Source: Carcharhinus amblyrhynchos
Lineage: Eukaryota
NCBI GenBank assembly: GCA_965287045.1
Contig: OZ336877.1
Location: 29,326,001-29,390,000 of the forward strand
Length of the DNA: 64,000 bases
Reading direction: 5' to 3'
Positions 1-12,127 of the stretch are shown here, piece after piece. Below the pieces are notes generated by a model. The model was not told the origin of the DNA. It saw nothing but the letters and a program-made list of their open reading frames with translations, and ran no database searches. The position numbers were made by a program, and so were the translations under genes. The first letter of the stretch is position 1; every line of letters starts with the position of its first letter.

Positions 1-149
1 GACTTTACATCTACAACATAAACACAAGATCTTAGTTATAACTCAGCTGCAGTACGAGGCACAGATTTAGACACTCCATTATAAAAAGGAGAAAAAGTAA
101 TGGAAAATTTGCAATTCAGGCTATCTAATACATTTCTTAGGATCAGAGG

Positions 150-520
150 TTACAGTAATGGAAAGAGACTTATTTTAGGATGTTTTCCACTACAGCAAAG
201 GGGTGACCTGAATATAAAGGGATAATAATAATAATAATGATCATCAATTGTTTCCACAGATCGATGAGACAGTAACAAGGCAGCACTGATGTTTAAAAAC
301 AAAAATAATTCAATGGACAGTTAAAAAATATTTACAGTCAGGGTGGTTAGAATTTGCACTTCTCTGACATAGTCAATTAATTCTCAAAGGAAATTAGAGA
401 GTAATTTAAAAAAGCTTATTAAAGGATATGAGGAGTAAGCAGGAGTGTAAAATTAGAAGCCTTGCGTGGACTAAAATGTGGCCTAGCACTGACAGTCAAA
501 AGATCTGTTTCTGTACTGTC
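150..520 (+). mobile_element. Old degenerate CR1 3' fragment
   Basis: ggggtgacctga, agtaacaagg, agggtggttagaatt and aaggatatgagg remnants. Confidence 0.55.
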
Positions 521-3004
521 ATATTTTATATATAATGCTGGGGGCCTGCTGGACATAGTGTAAATGAGTGCTAAACTTCTGAGACTGGTGAAAATTTCAC
601 AAGAAAAGCAACGTGCTCACACCACTCAAACGTCATGCCATCAGTTCACTTATGTAATAACTGACAGCTCCAGGCATCAACATGGACACATGCAGGAGCC
701 ACAGAGGTATGAGCAGATAATGTTGTACAAGTGAAACTTTAAAACCACACAGAAGTCAAATAGAGGAACAAAAATTCTTAGAGCATCTGAAAGCTTCCAA
801 AAAGGGAGCTCAACCCACTTGCAGCCTTTGCCATGGCTGAATGGGGGAATGGGCAAAAGCCTGCAAGAAAATGACAGGTCAGTCCTGTGCCTGAACATAC
901 TTCACAGTAGCTTAAGTCAAGGTTGTGTTGTATAAGGTAGCTGTCATTCTGCAGTATGGTTCCCACAAGTTTATGTGGTTGACTTTTAACTGCCCTCTGA
1001 AATGGCCTAGCAAACCACTCAATTCAAGGGCAATTAGGGATGGGCAAATGCTGGCCTTGCTATTAATGGCAAGATCCAACAAAATATGGGGAAAAAATGC
1101 CCAGCGAAAGGTGCGGCAGCCAACTCACACTGGCACTGGTTGTGCCGACTCATGATTGCACAGTCATTGAAGGCAACTCAGATGATGTAGCTCTACATCT
1201 GGCTGTGATGACCCAGACCATGGCAAGAAAATTTCCAACAGGCTCTGCCTGGTAGATGCAATAGATAATGCCTGCAAATATGCTCGGAAGATGTTCCCCC
1301 GGTGTGCCTTCTTTCATGTACTACTAAAAGTATGACATACTATTATCGGGCTACTTCTAAAGAATCATCTAACATTACAGGTAGTCAAAGCATTAACATG
1401 TCAACAGTACCATTGGGTTGGGTATCCCAGTTTCTTATGGAAATAGGAGCCACCACATGCACTAATTATCTGCCAAAGCAAGGTCTAGTCACCTCTGTCT
1501 GCAGATTCGGGTGTGAGGGTACTGCTGGGTGGGCACAGAATACCTCACGTGCAGTCTGACCTGGTTGGCATCCTTCCGTTGGTCCTCGTTTTCCAAACAC
1601 GTTAGATAGGGAGGATTCCCACTGGAGAACCCATTGGTACCAATAATAGTGCTGGGAGTAAAACAAAAAATACTCTAATTGTCACAAAGGCTCAAGATTT
1701 CCTAATTGCTAGCAGAAAAAAATAAAACTGGTGCAGAGAAGACTTTAAAACGGTTGAATGTTTTTTTCAAATTACTGGTCATACATAGGTCAGCACTCAA
1801 CCCTAGATTGCCTATTAAATACAAGCAGAACTGGCACTGATGCTGACCCAGTTTGATAGCAAGAAAGCTCCAAATAACAACCAAAATGTGCATAGGGGTA
1901 GAGAATCCACATTACAGGTATCCACCCTTTTTCCACCCTAGTCAGCAAAAAAGCCGTAATGAATTCACATTACAGTGGAAGACCCTTTCTGCTCTTAATT
2001 TGTTAGTGCTCAGATTTGTGTGCATATTGTCAAATTAACTTTTGATCCAAAAGTACACTAATAATTTCAATCACTGAAAATTTTAAAGTTGGAAGTGGTG
2101 CTTGCATTAATTTACAATTTAGTATTTGAGTTTTTCACTGGAGAGGAAAGACACACCATCAAATGTGTGGTGGATAAAAATGCAGAAATATGCTTTCCAA
2201 GTTAAACCTATTACTGCTCATAAGAACTTGAGTTGTTAGTTTATGGAATAGAACTAACAGCTAAAACAGTAAACGCTAACTTCATTGAACTATTCAATTT
2301 GGCAAGAACTCAAATTAGAATTGAAAAATATGGGTTGAGAGGAGAAAGATCATAAATGCAAGATTGGCTTTAAAAAGAGCAGCTTGAAGGTTATTGTTTA
2401 TTTTTTATTATTCTCATATTTATTCTGGGTTTTTTTATTCGGAGTCTGCAGTGAATTTCCACATGAGGAATGCATATGGTTGATTTCTGCAGCAGATTCC
2501 CATATAAATTATCTGGTGCTGAGCCACACAGATGAGGATGGTACACTGGTTTCATCAAGTAATGCCAAGCGTGGAGTGCTACAACTGTATTAGCACAAGA
2601 ACTTTCTGTAATAGGATTGGGTAGTGTGTGGAGAAGTTGAAGAGAAATAAGCAGAAGACCCACATCTGATCCTAAAAGGAAAGTAAATGTGTTCGGCTCT
2701 GCTGGGATTTGTCATGGGTAATATTTAGGCTCTAAGAACAGGCATTTAAGCAAGCTACCAAAGTCTTCGGATGTATAACTCATTTTGGTTGGATCAACTG
2801 CTAGTAATTACTGAGTTTAGCAAAATCAAAATAGAAAATGTTAAAATTTAAAAACTGAAGCTGCAGTTTTACTTGAAACTGTCTAGCCAATGTTTTAAGG
2901 AGCCACCTTGAACTCAGTTATACACCTACAACTCAATCCCCACTTCGCCAGTATATCCACACAAGAGTTACGTAATATTTAATAACCGGTTTGACAATAC
3001 TTAC

Positions 3005-3148
3005 TTGTAGCTCATCAATTCGAAGTAGCCTACAGTCTTGCAGAAGGGATGTTGGATCAGCATCTGTACTAGGACAGCTCTGATTACTGACACTGCTAGA
3101 AGTCCCAGGAAATTTCACAGCAACATAGGCACCATCCACCTTCAATAC
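3005..3148 (-). CDS. UBR5: UBR5 exon 17: VLKVDGAYVAVKFPGTSSSVSNQSCPSTDADPTSLLQDCRLLRIDELQ (last exon found; gene continues beyond the window)
   Basis: Overlaps ORF 2933..3145; caaaag| acceptor, |gtaagt donor; 144 nt. Confidence 0.95.
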
Positions 3149-3211
3149 CTTTTGGAGAAATTAAAGTGCATTTTGTTGACATCACTGCTGGAATTATATC
3201 AACATAATGAA

Positions 3212-3812
3212 AGGCCAGATCTTGCTGGAAAAATAATGGCATGCTAAGACTGTACGCCATTATTCACATACAAGTCGGCCAGCAAGTTGAAAGATATGCG
3301 CAAGCTGCAAAAATCAAAACGCACTAGCTGATTTATACTGCTCTGCTGTTTTCTTCACACAAACTCTCCCATCTTTGGCCTTCCTGTTTTTTTTAAAGAC
3401 TTGCTGAATTTGCAAGTTAGTTGGCCATTAAACCTGCTGCTGATTGTAAGCATACGCATCCATTAATGATGTGCAGATTTTTCATGTGATGCTGATCAAC
3501 CTCTCTGGCCCAGAATGGGAACAACTCATTTCATTCCTATATTTAGTCCAATTTTAATGTTATTTCTCCTGTCTTTTTCATTCCCATGATCCAATTTTTC
3601 CTTTCTATACTAGATTTGACTAATTCACCACCTATTCCATCACTTTCACAATCCTTAAATTCCATTCGTTAAGGAGAGCACTGCTTGTCCGACCTTTCAC
3701 TAAGGATTCCTCTTGCCCTCGTTATCAGTTTGCATGTCCAGTTTTGTTTTTGCACTGAAGGACACAGGAAAGTTCAATTAATGTAGTACCCCACTGGGGC
3801 AAGATCCAGCCC
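3212..3812. mobile_element. Degenerate PIF/Harbinger-like MITE
   Basis: Imperfect terminal inverted repeats ggccagatcttgc ... gcaagatccagccc. Confidence 0.4.
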
Positions 3813-4453
3813 ATAGAATCTCTTGAAATATTATTCACCGATTCACAAACAGTATCTATACCATAGGGATCCCAAAATTCAGAATTTCAATAAGCCAGCT
3901 GATATTTTTATTACAATGACAAACATCTTTAAATGAATAAATCAAGTTACTATGACTCAGTTACTGTAGGATGTCAGCGCAACCAAAACATAATGCACTT
4001 GCCACTAATTTGAGAGACAAAGCTGCTAGATTCTCTGCTTCACACTTGTTGCTTGGCTAGAAACTACTTACCAAAATGGTTTCCTGAGGTTGTGTTTTAA
4101 ACTATTGCCATAAAAAAACGTGCGTCATTTGTGTTTAGTTAAATTTTGCACCACTGTTACTTCAAGAATTAAAAGTGGCGCACAAACCATCACATTTTAA
4201 CAACACGGTTACTCAGTGTATAGCCAATCGATAAGAGAAACTATTAATTGGCTTCCACTGTAAAAAGATCAGATGGCAAAATGTGAATGCATAAATTTGA
4301 AATAATTTCTGTGGTTTATATACACTACTGGCAGTTGTCGTTAGTGAGAGTCAAGGTATACTTTTATGTAAACAATTACGATTGGAGTCACTCTCCTCCC
4401 ATCAAGTTTATTATTCAGTATTGACATAACACCAAATATATCAATTTTCATAC

Positions 4454-4566
4454 CTTCCCTACTGGTACATTTTTAACATCTTCAACAAATACCACTTCTC
4501 TAAGTGGCCACTGTTCTTCATTTACTTTCTCTTCCTCTTTAGGTGCTGGAGTGGAACGTCTGCGCT
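4454..4566 (-). CDS. UBR5: UBR5 exon 16: (K)RRRSTPAPKEEEKVNEEQWPLREVVFVEDVKNVPVGK
   Basis: atacag| acceptor, |gtatga donor; 113 nt. Confidence 0.96.
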
Positions 4567-4675
4567 CTGTATTAGAAGAAAGAGTTAACCAATCATACCT
4601 GAGCAGTTACAATATAATATTTATTAAAAACTGTCCTGATACACAATTCACTAGTACTAGTGAACTGTACTAGCA

Positions 4676-5548
4676 CTGGTATGGAAGGACTGGGTTATGA
4701 GGAAAGATTGGGTAAATTGGGACTGTGTTCCTTAGAAAGGCAGAGATTGAGGGGGGATCTAATAGAGGTGTATAAGATAATGAAGGGTACAGATAGAGTA
4801 AACAGTGGCAAGCTTTTTCCTAGATTGGAGACAAATATCACAAGGGGCCACGGGCTTAAGGTGAGGGGGGTGACGTATAATTTGGATGCTAGCGGGAGGT
4901 TTTTCCACACAGAGGGTCATGGGGGTATGGAATGTACTGCAAAGTAAGGTGGTGGAGACAGGCACGCTGGGCTTGTTTAAGATTTACTTAGATAGACGCA
5001 TGAGCGAAATAGGGATGGAGGGTTATCGGAGACTGTTTTAAATAAAGATCAGAGCCTCGGGATATTCCTGGAAATCAACTGTTACATGTTGACGTTTTTC
5101 TCTTTTACGCCACAGCTGCGTCGGTCCACCTTGTTGTCTAATGAGGGGCATACACGCGGTGGGTCGTGCATGGGCTGCTCTTGGATGTTTCAAGAGTAGC
5201 CTAGTACTTTGCGTATGCTTAAGCTGGACCAGCAGATGGGCACCACGACAGCTCAGTGACTATCACTGTTTGCTGTGCAGACACATGGATTTGGGCCAGT
5301 ATCTGTGGAAGTTTGCGCGTTCTCCCTATGGTTGCGTACGTTTCCTCCCACACCCCAAAGATGTGCTCTTAGGCTAACTGGTGTAACAAATTGTCCCTAA
5401 ATTATTCTCCCCTTAATCTGGTTTCCAATGGGGGTACCATAAGCATAGACATGGGTCAAGGGTGGAGGAGGAAAAGCACATTGTTAAAATGGTGGCGCAG
5501 GCTCGTTGGGCCAAAGGGCCTGTTTCCCGTGCTGTGTTGTTCTTTGTA
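4676..5548 (+). mobile_element. CR1 3' fragment with an extended tail containing a V-SINE-like segment
   Basis: ORF 4660..4947 (GLGYEERLGKLGL, RGDLIEVYKIM, TRGH); ~5300-5400 resembles the HE1 central domain; ends in a gggccaaagggcctgtttc tail. Confidence 0.75.
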
Positions 5549-5841
5549 CTAACAAAATGAAACACTATCTCTGCTGCTTGTGTTTATGGTTACTGAATCT
5601 CAGCACAGGAAGCAATCTGGCCCACCCTACCTCTACCAGATCCTAGAAAGAACCAACAATCGTTTTCCATAGTTTTATCCATATCCTTGCAATTTTGCTC
5701 TCTGCAAGTATTACCTAATGCCTTTTATAAAGATTACCATGAAATCTGCTTCCACCACCCTTTCAGGTTTGCATTTCAGATCATAACTGACCATTTGAAA
5801 ACTGACAAACTACAGAATCTCTCCTTTTTTGTAATACTTAC

Positions 5842-5951
5842 TATAGGGAAGTGATGCACTACTAGCAATAGAGGATGCATCACTGCAAGTGGATGCTGGA
5901 GATGGTGGTGGCCCCATTTCAGTCTTCACAGATTCCTGTTTGCTCTCAGTC
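5842..5951 (-). CDS. UBR5: UBR5 exon 15: TESKQESVKTEMGPPPSPASTCSDASSIASSASLPY
   Basis: atacag| acceptor, |gtaagt donor; 110 nt. Confidence 0.95.
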
Positions 5952-7734
5952 CTGTATCAGAAAAATGACATTATATCCATATTTCAAAACAAGAGTTGTA
6001 GGCTATTCTACCATGAAGTTATATTCAGTAAAACTAATTCTGAACAATCCATTCAGATACGGGCAAATCAAAATAAAAGATGAATCATTTTAAATAAACT
6101 GATTCAACTCTTTATTAAAAGCAGATTATGCTAATCCAGAATCCACTTGTGCAATTATTCCAAAAAATTGGATTTTTTTCTTCATACAAAGATATGTTCT
6201 CAATATCACACTTGGAATGTGGTTGAACATGTTGATTTAACAATGAGTGAATTTAAGATCAGTCATTTTATTTCAATAAACTTTGAACTCAAACTGAGAA
6301 ATAATGCTGAATTTTGCAGTGGAAATAGAAATGAGATCAACCACCTTCACCTTTAGTTACCTGGAAATCAGACAGTAACTTCCAGCAAATCATGCAGTTA
6401 AAATGAGAACGTGCCCAAGATGTGACTTCTTAAAGCTTCCCGAAGAAACACTACGTCACCTGACTCACTATTCAAAGACGTTTGGAGGTGAGAAAGTGAA
6501 ATTTCTGTGCTTACCTGATACATATGCACTAGTATCACCAGGAAAATGTTGGAAATGGTAATTCTTAATTACAGCTAAATAACCATCCTGACCTTGAAAA
6601 TTAACTTTTACAGTGTGAAGTCCAGTTCCTTCAGATTTTACCTACTGTTAAAGTTTTCAAAAATAAAATGCTGATTGATTGAGTTCATTTTTCCTGTTCA
6701 CATTCCAGCAGTTCTGTAGAGGGGGTATCGATTTTTGTGTTTCTACTTTACACTAAGCCTTAGTCCAAAACCTCACAAAGTACCGCAAATGACTGGTTGT
6801 GTTCATTTGCCACAGAGCAAAACATGGCCTTAAGTGCTCAAAGGAGAGCAACATCGTGCATTGGACTAACATTTTAATAACTGATATCAAGTGCAGCTAA
6901 AACAAACTCAATTTTGTCTGTTGAGCAAGCATGTCACAGAACATGACAGTAACAAATTAGTCTTTTTCTAGTGCAGGAAGGAGGATGCAAGCAAAAGAGA
7001 AAAAATGTTAATACATTTACAAAATTCAATGTCAAAGGACATCGGAAATTCACATTACATCATACTAGATATTAATGGAGTTAAGATTTTAGGATTTATT
7101 TAGAAAGCACAAAATGGTTCTCCTGATGCAGTGCAAAAAAAATCCAAAGGGAGCATGCATTGAAGAATAAATACTTCAATCTAAACTGTGCCTTTCAAGT
7201 TAAAAGTTTTCGGGCAGCATTTCAGCTGAAATCTTTCATCTAACAAATGGCACCTCTGGTGAAGAAGCAGTTCCTCAATATTACACTGAAGAGCTAGCCT
7301 AAATAATGCTATCAAACCCTGACATGTGAATTGAATTCAGACAGTTTCAATACCAAGTGATGTGATTAGTAGGATTAATAAGTACTTAAAAGATTAACAA
7401 TTAAATTTGCTGTCATTTAAAGGATTCCATAATTTTTTACTACATTTAATAAAGTTCATCCTGTAAAATTAGTGTTGGGTTTATTTTAGGAAGACACGTT
7501 TGGCCATGCTTTTGATTAATGAGTGTGATGGGGCTGATTGATAGTTTGCACTTCAAAACTCATACGTGGAATTAATCAAGACAATTGTTTTCAACCAATT
7601 AACATCAGATGTATAACCGTGCTCAATCGACACAAAGGCACTGCACACATGGGTGGTGGATTAAGGACATTACATATATCCAGCCTAAGACATTTCAAGT
7701 ACAAACAAGGTATAGCATTGCATCAATGACTTAC

Positions 7735-7919
7735 TTATTTTCAGTGCTTTTAGACAATTTTTCTAAGTTTTTCAAACTTTCTGGTGATCGCAGCTGGAAC
7801 CGACAGCTGTCATTCATATTCCAAACGGACTCCATCAATACACCAACTTTTGGAATGCCAGCACTAATGGAAAAAGCTACTGCTCCAGCATGATAAAGTG
7901 GATTATTTCTCAAACACAC
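7735..7919 (-). CDS. UBR5: UBR5 exon 14: VCLRNNPLYHAGAVAFSISAGIPKVGVLMESVWNMNDSCRFQLRSPESLKNLEKLSKSTEN(K)
   Basis: ORF 7731..7919; attag| acceptor, |gtaagt donor; 185 nt. Confidence 0.96.
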
Positions 7920-8254
7920 CTAATGGAATAAAATTATATTTCTTCACTTGGCACTTAGTTTAGACACAACTAATTGATCCAATTTAACTTATTCAGCTTC
8001 TGTACATTTTAAGATGGAACTTAGTCTTTCAATTTGAATGCATACAGTGGAATCGCCTGCATAAAAGTACAACGCAAGCTTATCAGATTTAAAACACCCC
8101 CTTCCCTCTTCTGTAATACAACCATCTTATTCAGTTAATACATTTACAAAATTCAATGTCAAAGGGCATTTGAAGTTCACGTTACATCATACCACATACT
8201 AATGGAGTTAAGATTTTAGGATTTATTTAGAAAGCACAAAATGGTTCTTCTGAC

Positions 8255-8372
8255 CTGTGTTCCAACAGTGATATTGGGCATTGATGAAATGCCTGCATTG
8301 GACTTTGGTTTTTTGTTTTTGGCTCTTGCCTTCTCAAGCATCTTTTTCCGTTGGCTGAAAGGCACTACTCCC
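8255..8372 (-). CDS. UBR5: UBR5 exon 13: GVVPFSQRKKMLEKARAKNKKPKSNAGISSMPNITVGTQ (basic NLS-like stretch)
   Basis: tttag| acceptor, |gtcaga donor; 118 nt. Confidence 0.96.
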
Positions 8373-8867
8373 CTAAACAGAAAGGAAAGTCACCTGATTT
8401 AGTAAACTGAGGTATAAAGTAGTTCATTATTACACTTGAGAACTGTTATAAAATTAGCTGCTAAGCAAGTACACTGAATGACTTCGTTTCTGTCAATCAG
8501 ATGACTGCCTTCCCCAGAAAGTAAGAAAACAAGGCATCTAGGCTGGTGGACAGTGGACAGAGGGCAAATTTTCTTAGTCATATCCTGATAAATATTGTAA
8601 ATGAATCACTGAAAAAACAAGATAAGAGTGGGGTTCCAATCCATAAAATTAAAATAAGATAAACCAGGATTATGGACAAGTTAGCTTGACATCAGTACAA
8701 AGTAAAATACTGAGTATCTTGAGAGAGAGAGCAGGGAGATGTTGGATACTGCAGAACATAAGAAAAAGGAGCAACAGTAAGTCATTTTTCTACTTGGATT
8801 GACTAATCAAAGCCAACATACATGCTTCACCAACATGCTGACATTTAAAAATACATTCAACACTCAC

Positions 8868-9022
8868 CACCAATACAGGCTATTTTCCAGTTGGACACAG
8901 GTATATAGGGCACAACAATGCAAAGATATAATCTTTTCTCCTTGCAACTCCGGAAAAATCTGGGCACTGTGTTCCAGTTTAGAGGCTACAGAACACAAAG
9001 TCTCATCTACCCATGTGGCAAC
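8868..9022 (-). CDS. UBR5: UBR5 exon 12: VATWVDETLCSVASKLEHSAQIFPELQGEKIISLHCCALYTCVQLENSLYW(W)
   Basis: cctag| acceptor, |gtgagt donor; 155 nt. Confidence 0.96.
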
Positions 9023-10176
9023 CTAGGACAAAGAGTACAAAGGCATATTGAAATCATGTTGATAAAGAAATTTACAGCCTCCCATTACACAGTTAAATGC
9101 CACTTGTAGTACATGAACACAGGATTTGTTGGTTCCCAAAATTTTGATGTACACCAAGATATTTGTTGCACCAACATATCACAACTACAGTTGCTGCAAC
9201 AGCCTCAAAGTTCCGTCTGCTTTCCAAACAGCTCCAAAAAGGTTTTCAGGATTATTGGTAATAAATGAATACAGTGTTAAGTGTGTGCCTCCAACTCCCA
9301 ATAACTAAAAGCACCTTCCAGTGTAGCACTAAACTATATTAAAGTTCAGAAAGTACCAGAAATCAGTACAGGTCTGCGCTCACTGGTGAACTGCAGCCTA
9401 GGTAGTGATTCGGGTGCCAGAACTGACCACAATAAATAGGGTAGGAGATTCCAACTTGATTACTATTCAGTGGACCTGGTCAGAAAGTGTGCATGCCTGG
9501 AAAAACAGTGGGCTGAGGTTTCGCTGGGGTATCGTCCCAACCCAATGTACGCAGATGAAAAACTTCACGCAGGTGAAAAAGTGGCAAAAATCCGCACAGA
9601 ATCTCTCTTAAAAACTGCTCCATTAAATCACTGTTAGTTTGCCAACATAAACTGCTGATAAATATAAAGTGGCTTAAGAACTTCCACACAATCCAAATCA
9701 GTTACAGAACAGGGATTATTATATGCTGCGTGCTCATCATATCCCACAGACTGCATTCACACCCAGCTAGTACAATGAATATGGCTTCACAAGACAGCTA
9801 CAGGGGAGGTGTGTGCGGGCAGCATGGAGGAATAAAAAAGTGAAGGAGTCCAAGCAAATATCTTTGAAAACAACACTTTCATTTTCAGACGGTAGTTGGA
9901 AGAACCAAAAATAAATATATGCCTGAGTTCTAGATCACATCCAACTGAAAATAAATCTGAGGAAATTCATGCAGCAATTTTCATCAACCTTATGTAGCTA
10001 TTTCAGAAGAGCCGCTAGAACATCAACTTACCAAGCTACAGAACAGCCTCGGTAATTATTTAAAATCAGATCTGTATACAAGGCCAGCCCAAAATCAAAG
10101 GAACAAAATTAACATCCTGTGAAAGTCTGAAACAAATTTTATCAAATGCTGAATGCACAATGTCAAGTATACTTAC

Positions 10177-10287
10177 TTTGCTATTCTCTGTTGTAACTGT
10201 GGCTCTAATACTATTGGCAGCCAGCAGGACAATCTTCTCATTGGTTAAGCTTAACTGCGTGGTTCGAGGATGATGCACAGAGGAATT
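10177..10287 (-). CDS. UBR5: UBR5 exon 11: NSSVHHPRTTQLSLTNEKIVLLAANSIRATVTTENSK
   Basis: taaag| acceptor after a 91-nt intron, |gtaagt donor; 111 nt. Confidence 0.94.
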
Positions 10288-10378
10288 CTTTAGGGTAGGA
10301 AGAAAATTTAAAACTCAGCACATAAACAGCTATATTCAGCAAGAATCAGATGCAAAACAAAAATTAAGATATTCATAC

Positions 10379-10495
10379 CTGCGTATTTCTATAAGGTTCA
10401 GATTCATTCCACTTCCATTGGTACAATTCACCTTTATTGCTTACAGCTATAAGTTCTGAGTACAGGGCTCCAATTGCTACAAATTTGGTGCCATC
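10379..10495 (-). CDS. UBR5: UBR5 exon 10: [39 protein letters not shown]
   Basis: ccctcag| acceptor, |gtatga donor; 117 nt. Confidence 0.95.
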
Positions 10496-11269
10496 CTGAG
10501 GGGAGGGGAGGTATAAAATAAAAAACAGGATTTAAAATTATTTATTTCTCTTGGACTTGGCTCAGAGCTATAGAACCCAACTTTGCTCACAGCAAGATTT
10601 GGACTAGCCACTATGATACATTACCTGGCAAAGTTGTTGTTTAACCTTGTATCATTGGCTTATTATAAATTCCAGAGGCAGAAGAGTTATATTAAATATT
10701 AGCCTCTACTGTGACAAGGCAAATGTCAGTCATAATAAAACCAATCTAGTCCCATATTAATACTTACCAGTTGTCTTTAAAGATAGTTCCCTAAAACTTA
10801 TGGACTATACCAAAAATCCAGTGTTTTTCTCGAACACTTTAAATATACTCAAACACTTACCTCTTCCCCTCTCCAGAATCTGAATCCTTGCAGGTGCAAT
10901 GATAGCCATAGCAAAATAAATGTATATTCCACCTTTCAATCAATTCAGTCACTTACATCGCTGTTCAACTGGAGACAAACTGTTTAACTAATTTCCCACC
11001 TCAATTAGAATAGCAACAGTATTATTTTTAAAGATTTAACCATTACGAAAGAACAATAGTTTCTAAGTTCTAATCAATTTTGTGATCTGAAATTTTGGTT
11101 AGAAAGTAATCCTTTTGCAGTCATGGGGCTATCTAAACACACAGGCCTGCAAAACTGCATATTTTTAGCTTTGGCCTTCCAGCATTTCAAACTGAAGTAT
11201 AATCAGGATGCAAACTAGTTAAAATCAAATTTTGAAATCCATACCATTTTAGCTTTGCATCAACTGTAA

Positions 11270-11573
11270 TAAGATTATTTATTAGTGTCACAAGTAGGCT
11301 GACATTAACAGTGCAATGAAGTTACCATGAAAATCCCCTAGTTGCCACACTTTGGCTCCTGTTCGAGTACACTGGGGGTTAATTTAACATGGCCAATGCA
11401 CCTAACCAGCACATCTTTCAGGCTGTGGGAGAAAACCAGAGCACCTGGAGGAAACCCACACAGACATGGGGAGAACATGCAAACTCCACACAGGCAGTGA
11501 CCCAAGCCAGGAATCGAACCTGGATCTCGGGCATTGAGGCAACAGTGCTAACCACTGTGCTACCGTACCACCC
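11270..11573 (-). mobile_element. tRNA-derived V-SINE (HE1-like)
   Basis: A-box tagcacagtgg and B-box ggttcgattcc on the minus strand; central gtggagtttgca...gtgggtttcctcc domain. Confidence 0.85.
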
Positions 11574-11915
11574 CAGGCCAAATCTGAAATAATAACTTAA
11601 AACATCAACAGCAAGTTTACATAACTGACAGCTGAATGCCAGCAAGTACAGTTCACTGCTTGCATACTCAAATTCTCTCAACAACCACGTGACATAAAGC
11701 TAAGTATTTACTCAAGCTGCCAGCCACGTCTCAAACCAAAGCAGCGTGTTCTTAAGTATATTAGCCGTGAGTCCAGTCATAAATCTCTTCAGAGGGGATT
11801 GGGATTTTGCTTTAAATAATTGTTCACAAATTTAAAACTGCTACTGAATAAGTGACACTTCCAAAATCTAATATTTGGCTTCAGTCAACCAAGGTTTTTT
11901 TTTCCAAAAACTCAC

Positions 11916-12127
11916 CCGATCAGGCCACCACTGCAGTTCCTCCCCCAAGGAGACAGGGCTTTGGACTGGAAGGCTTTTCTTATCCAAGCTCGATTCACCT
12001 TCTCTGCTTGTGGAGCCTCGTTCATTATCAAATGAGGAACCATCAAGCCATCTCCTCTCACGTAAACGTAAAACTGACTCTCGTTCACGCAACAGATCGG
12101 AGTCTCTCTCTAAGGGAAGAAGGAGAA
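11916..12127 (-). CDS. UBR5: UBR5 exon 9: (V)LLLPLERDSDLLRERESVLRLRERRWLDG...LQWWPDR
   Basis: Overlaps ORF 11868..12092; accag| acceptor, |gtgagt donor; 212 nt; an alternative acceptor would start the exon at 12109. Confidence 0.94.

Noticed and set aside
540-1660. Higher-complexity stretch that might be a decayed transposase or LTR element
   Set aside because: No motif I could assign; left unannotated
1-3004. UBR5 exon 18 (expected VVKTGGTPKVPDCFQR...)
   Set aside because: No matching sequence found by eye; it probably lies beyond the window start
5226-5246. CTCF-like ccagcagatgggcac (also gccacagggggca at ~62056)
   Set aside because: Each departs from the core consensus by an indel or several mismatches
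8134-8253. Duplicated intronic segment as a possible snoRNA pair
   Set aside because: No properly placed C/D or H/ACA boxes or terminal stem; it starts at the donor site
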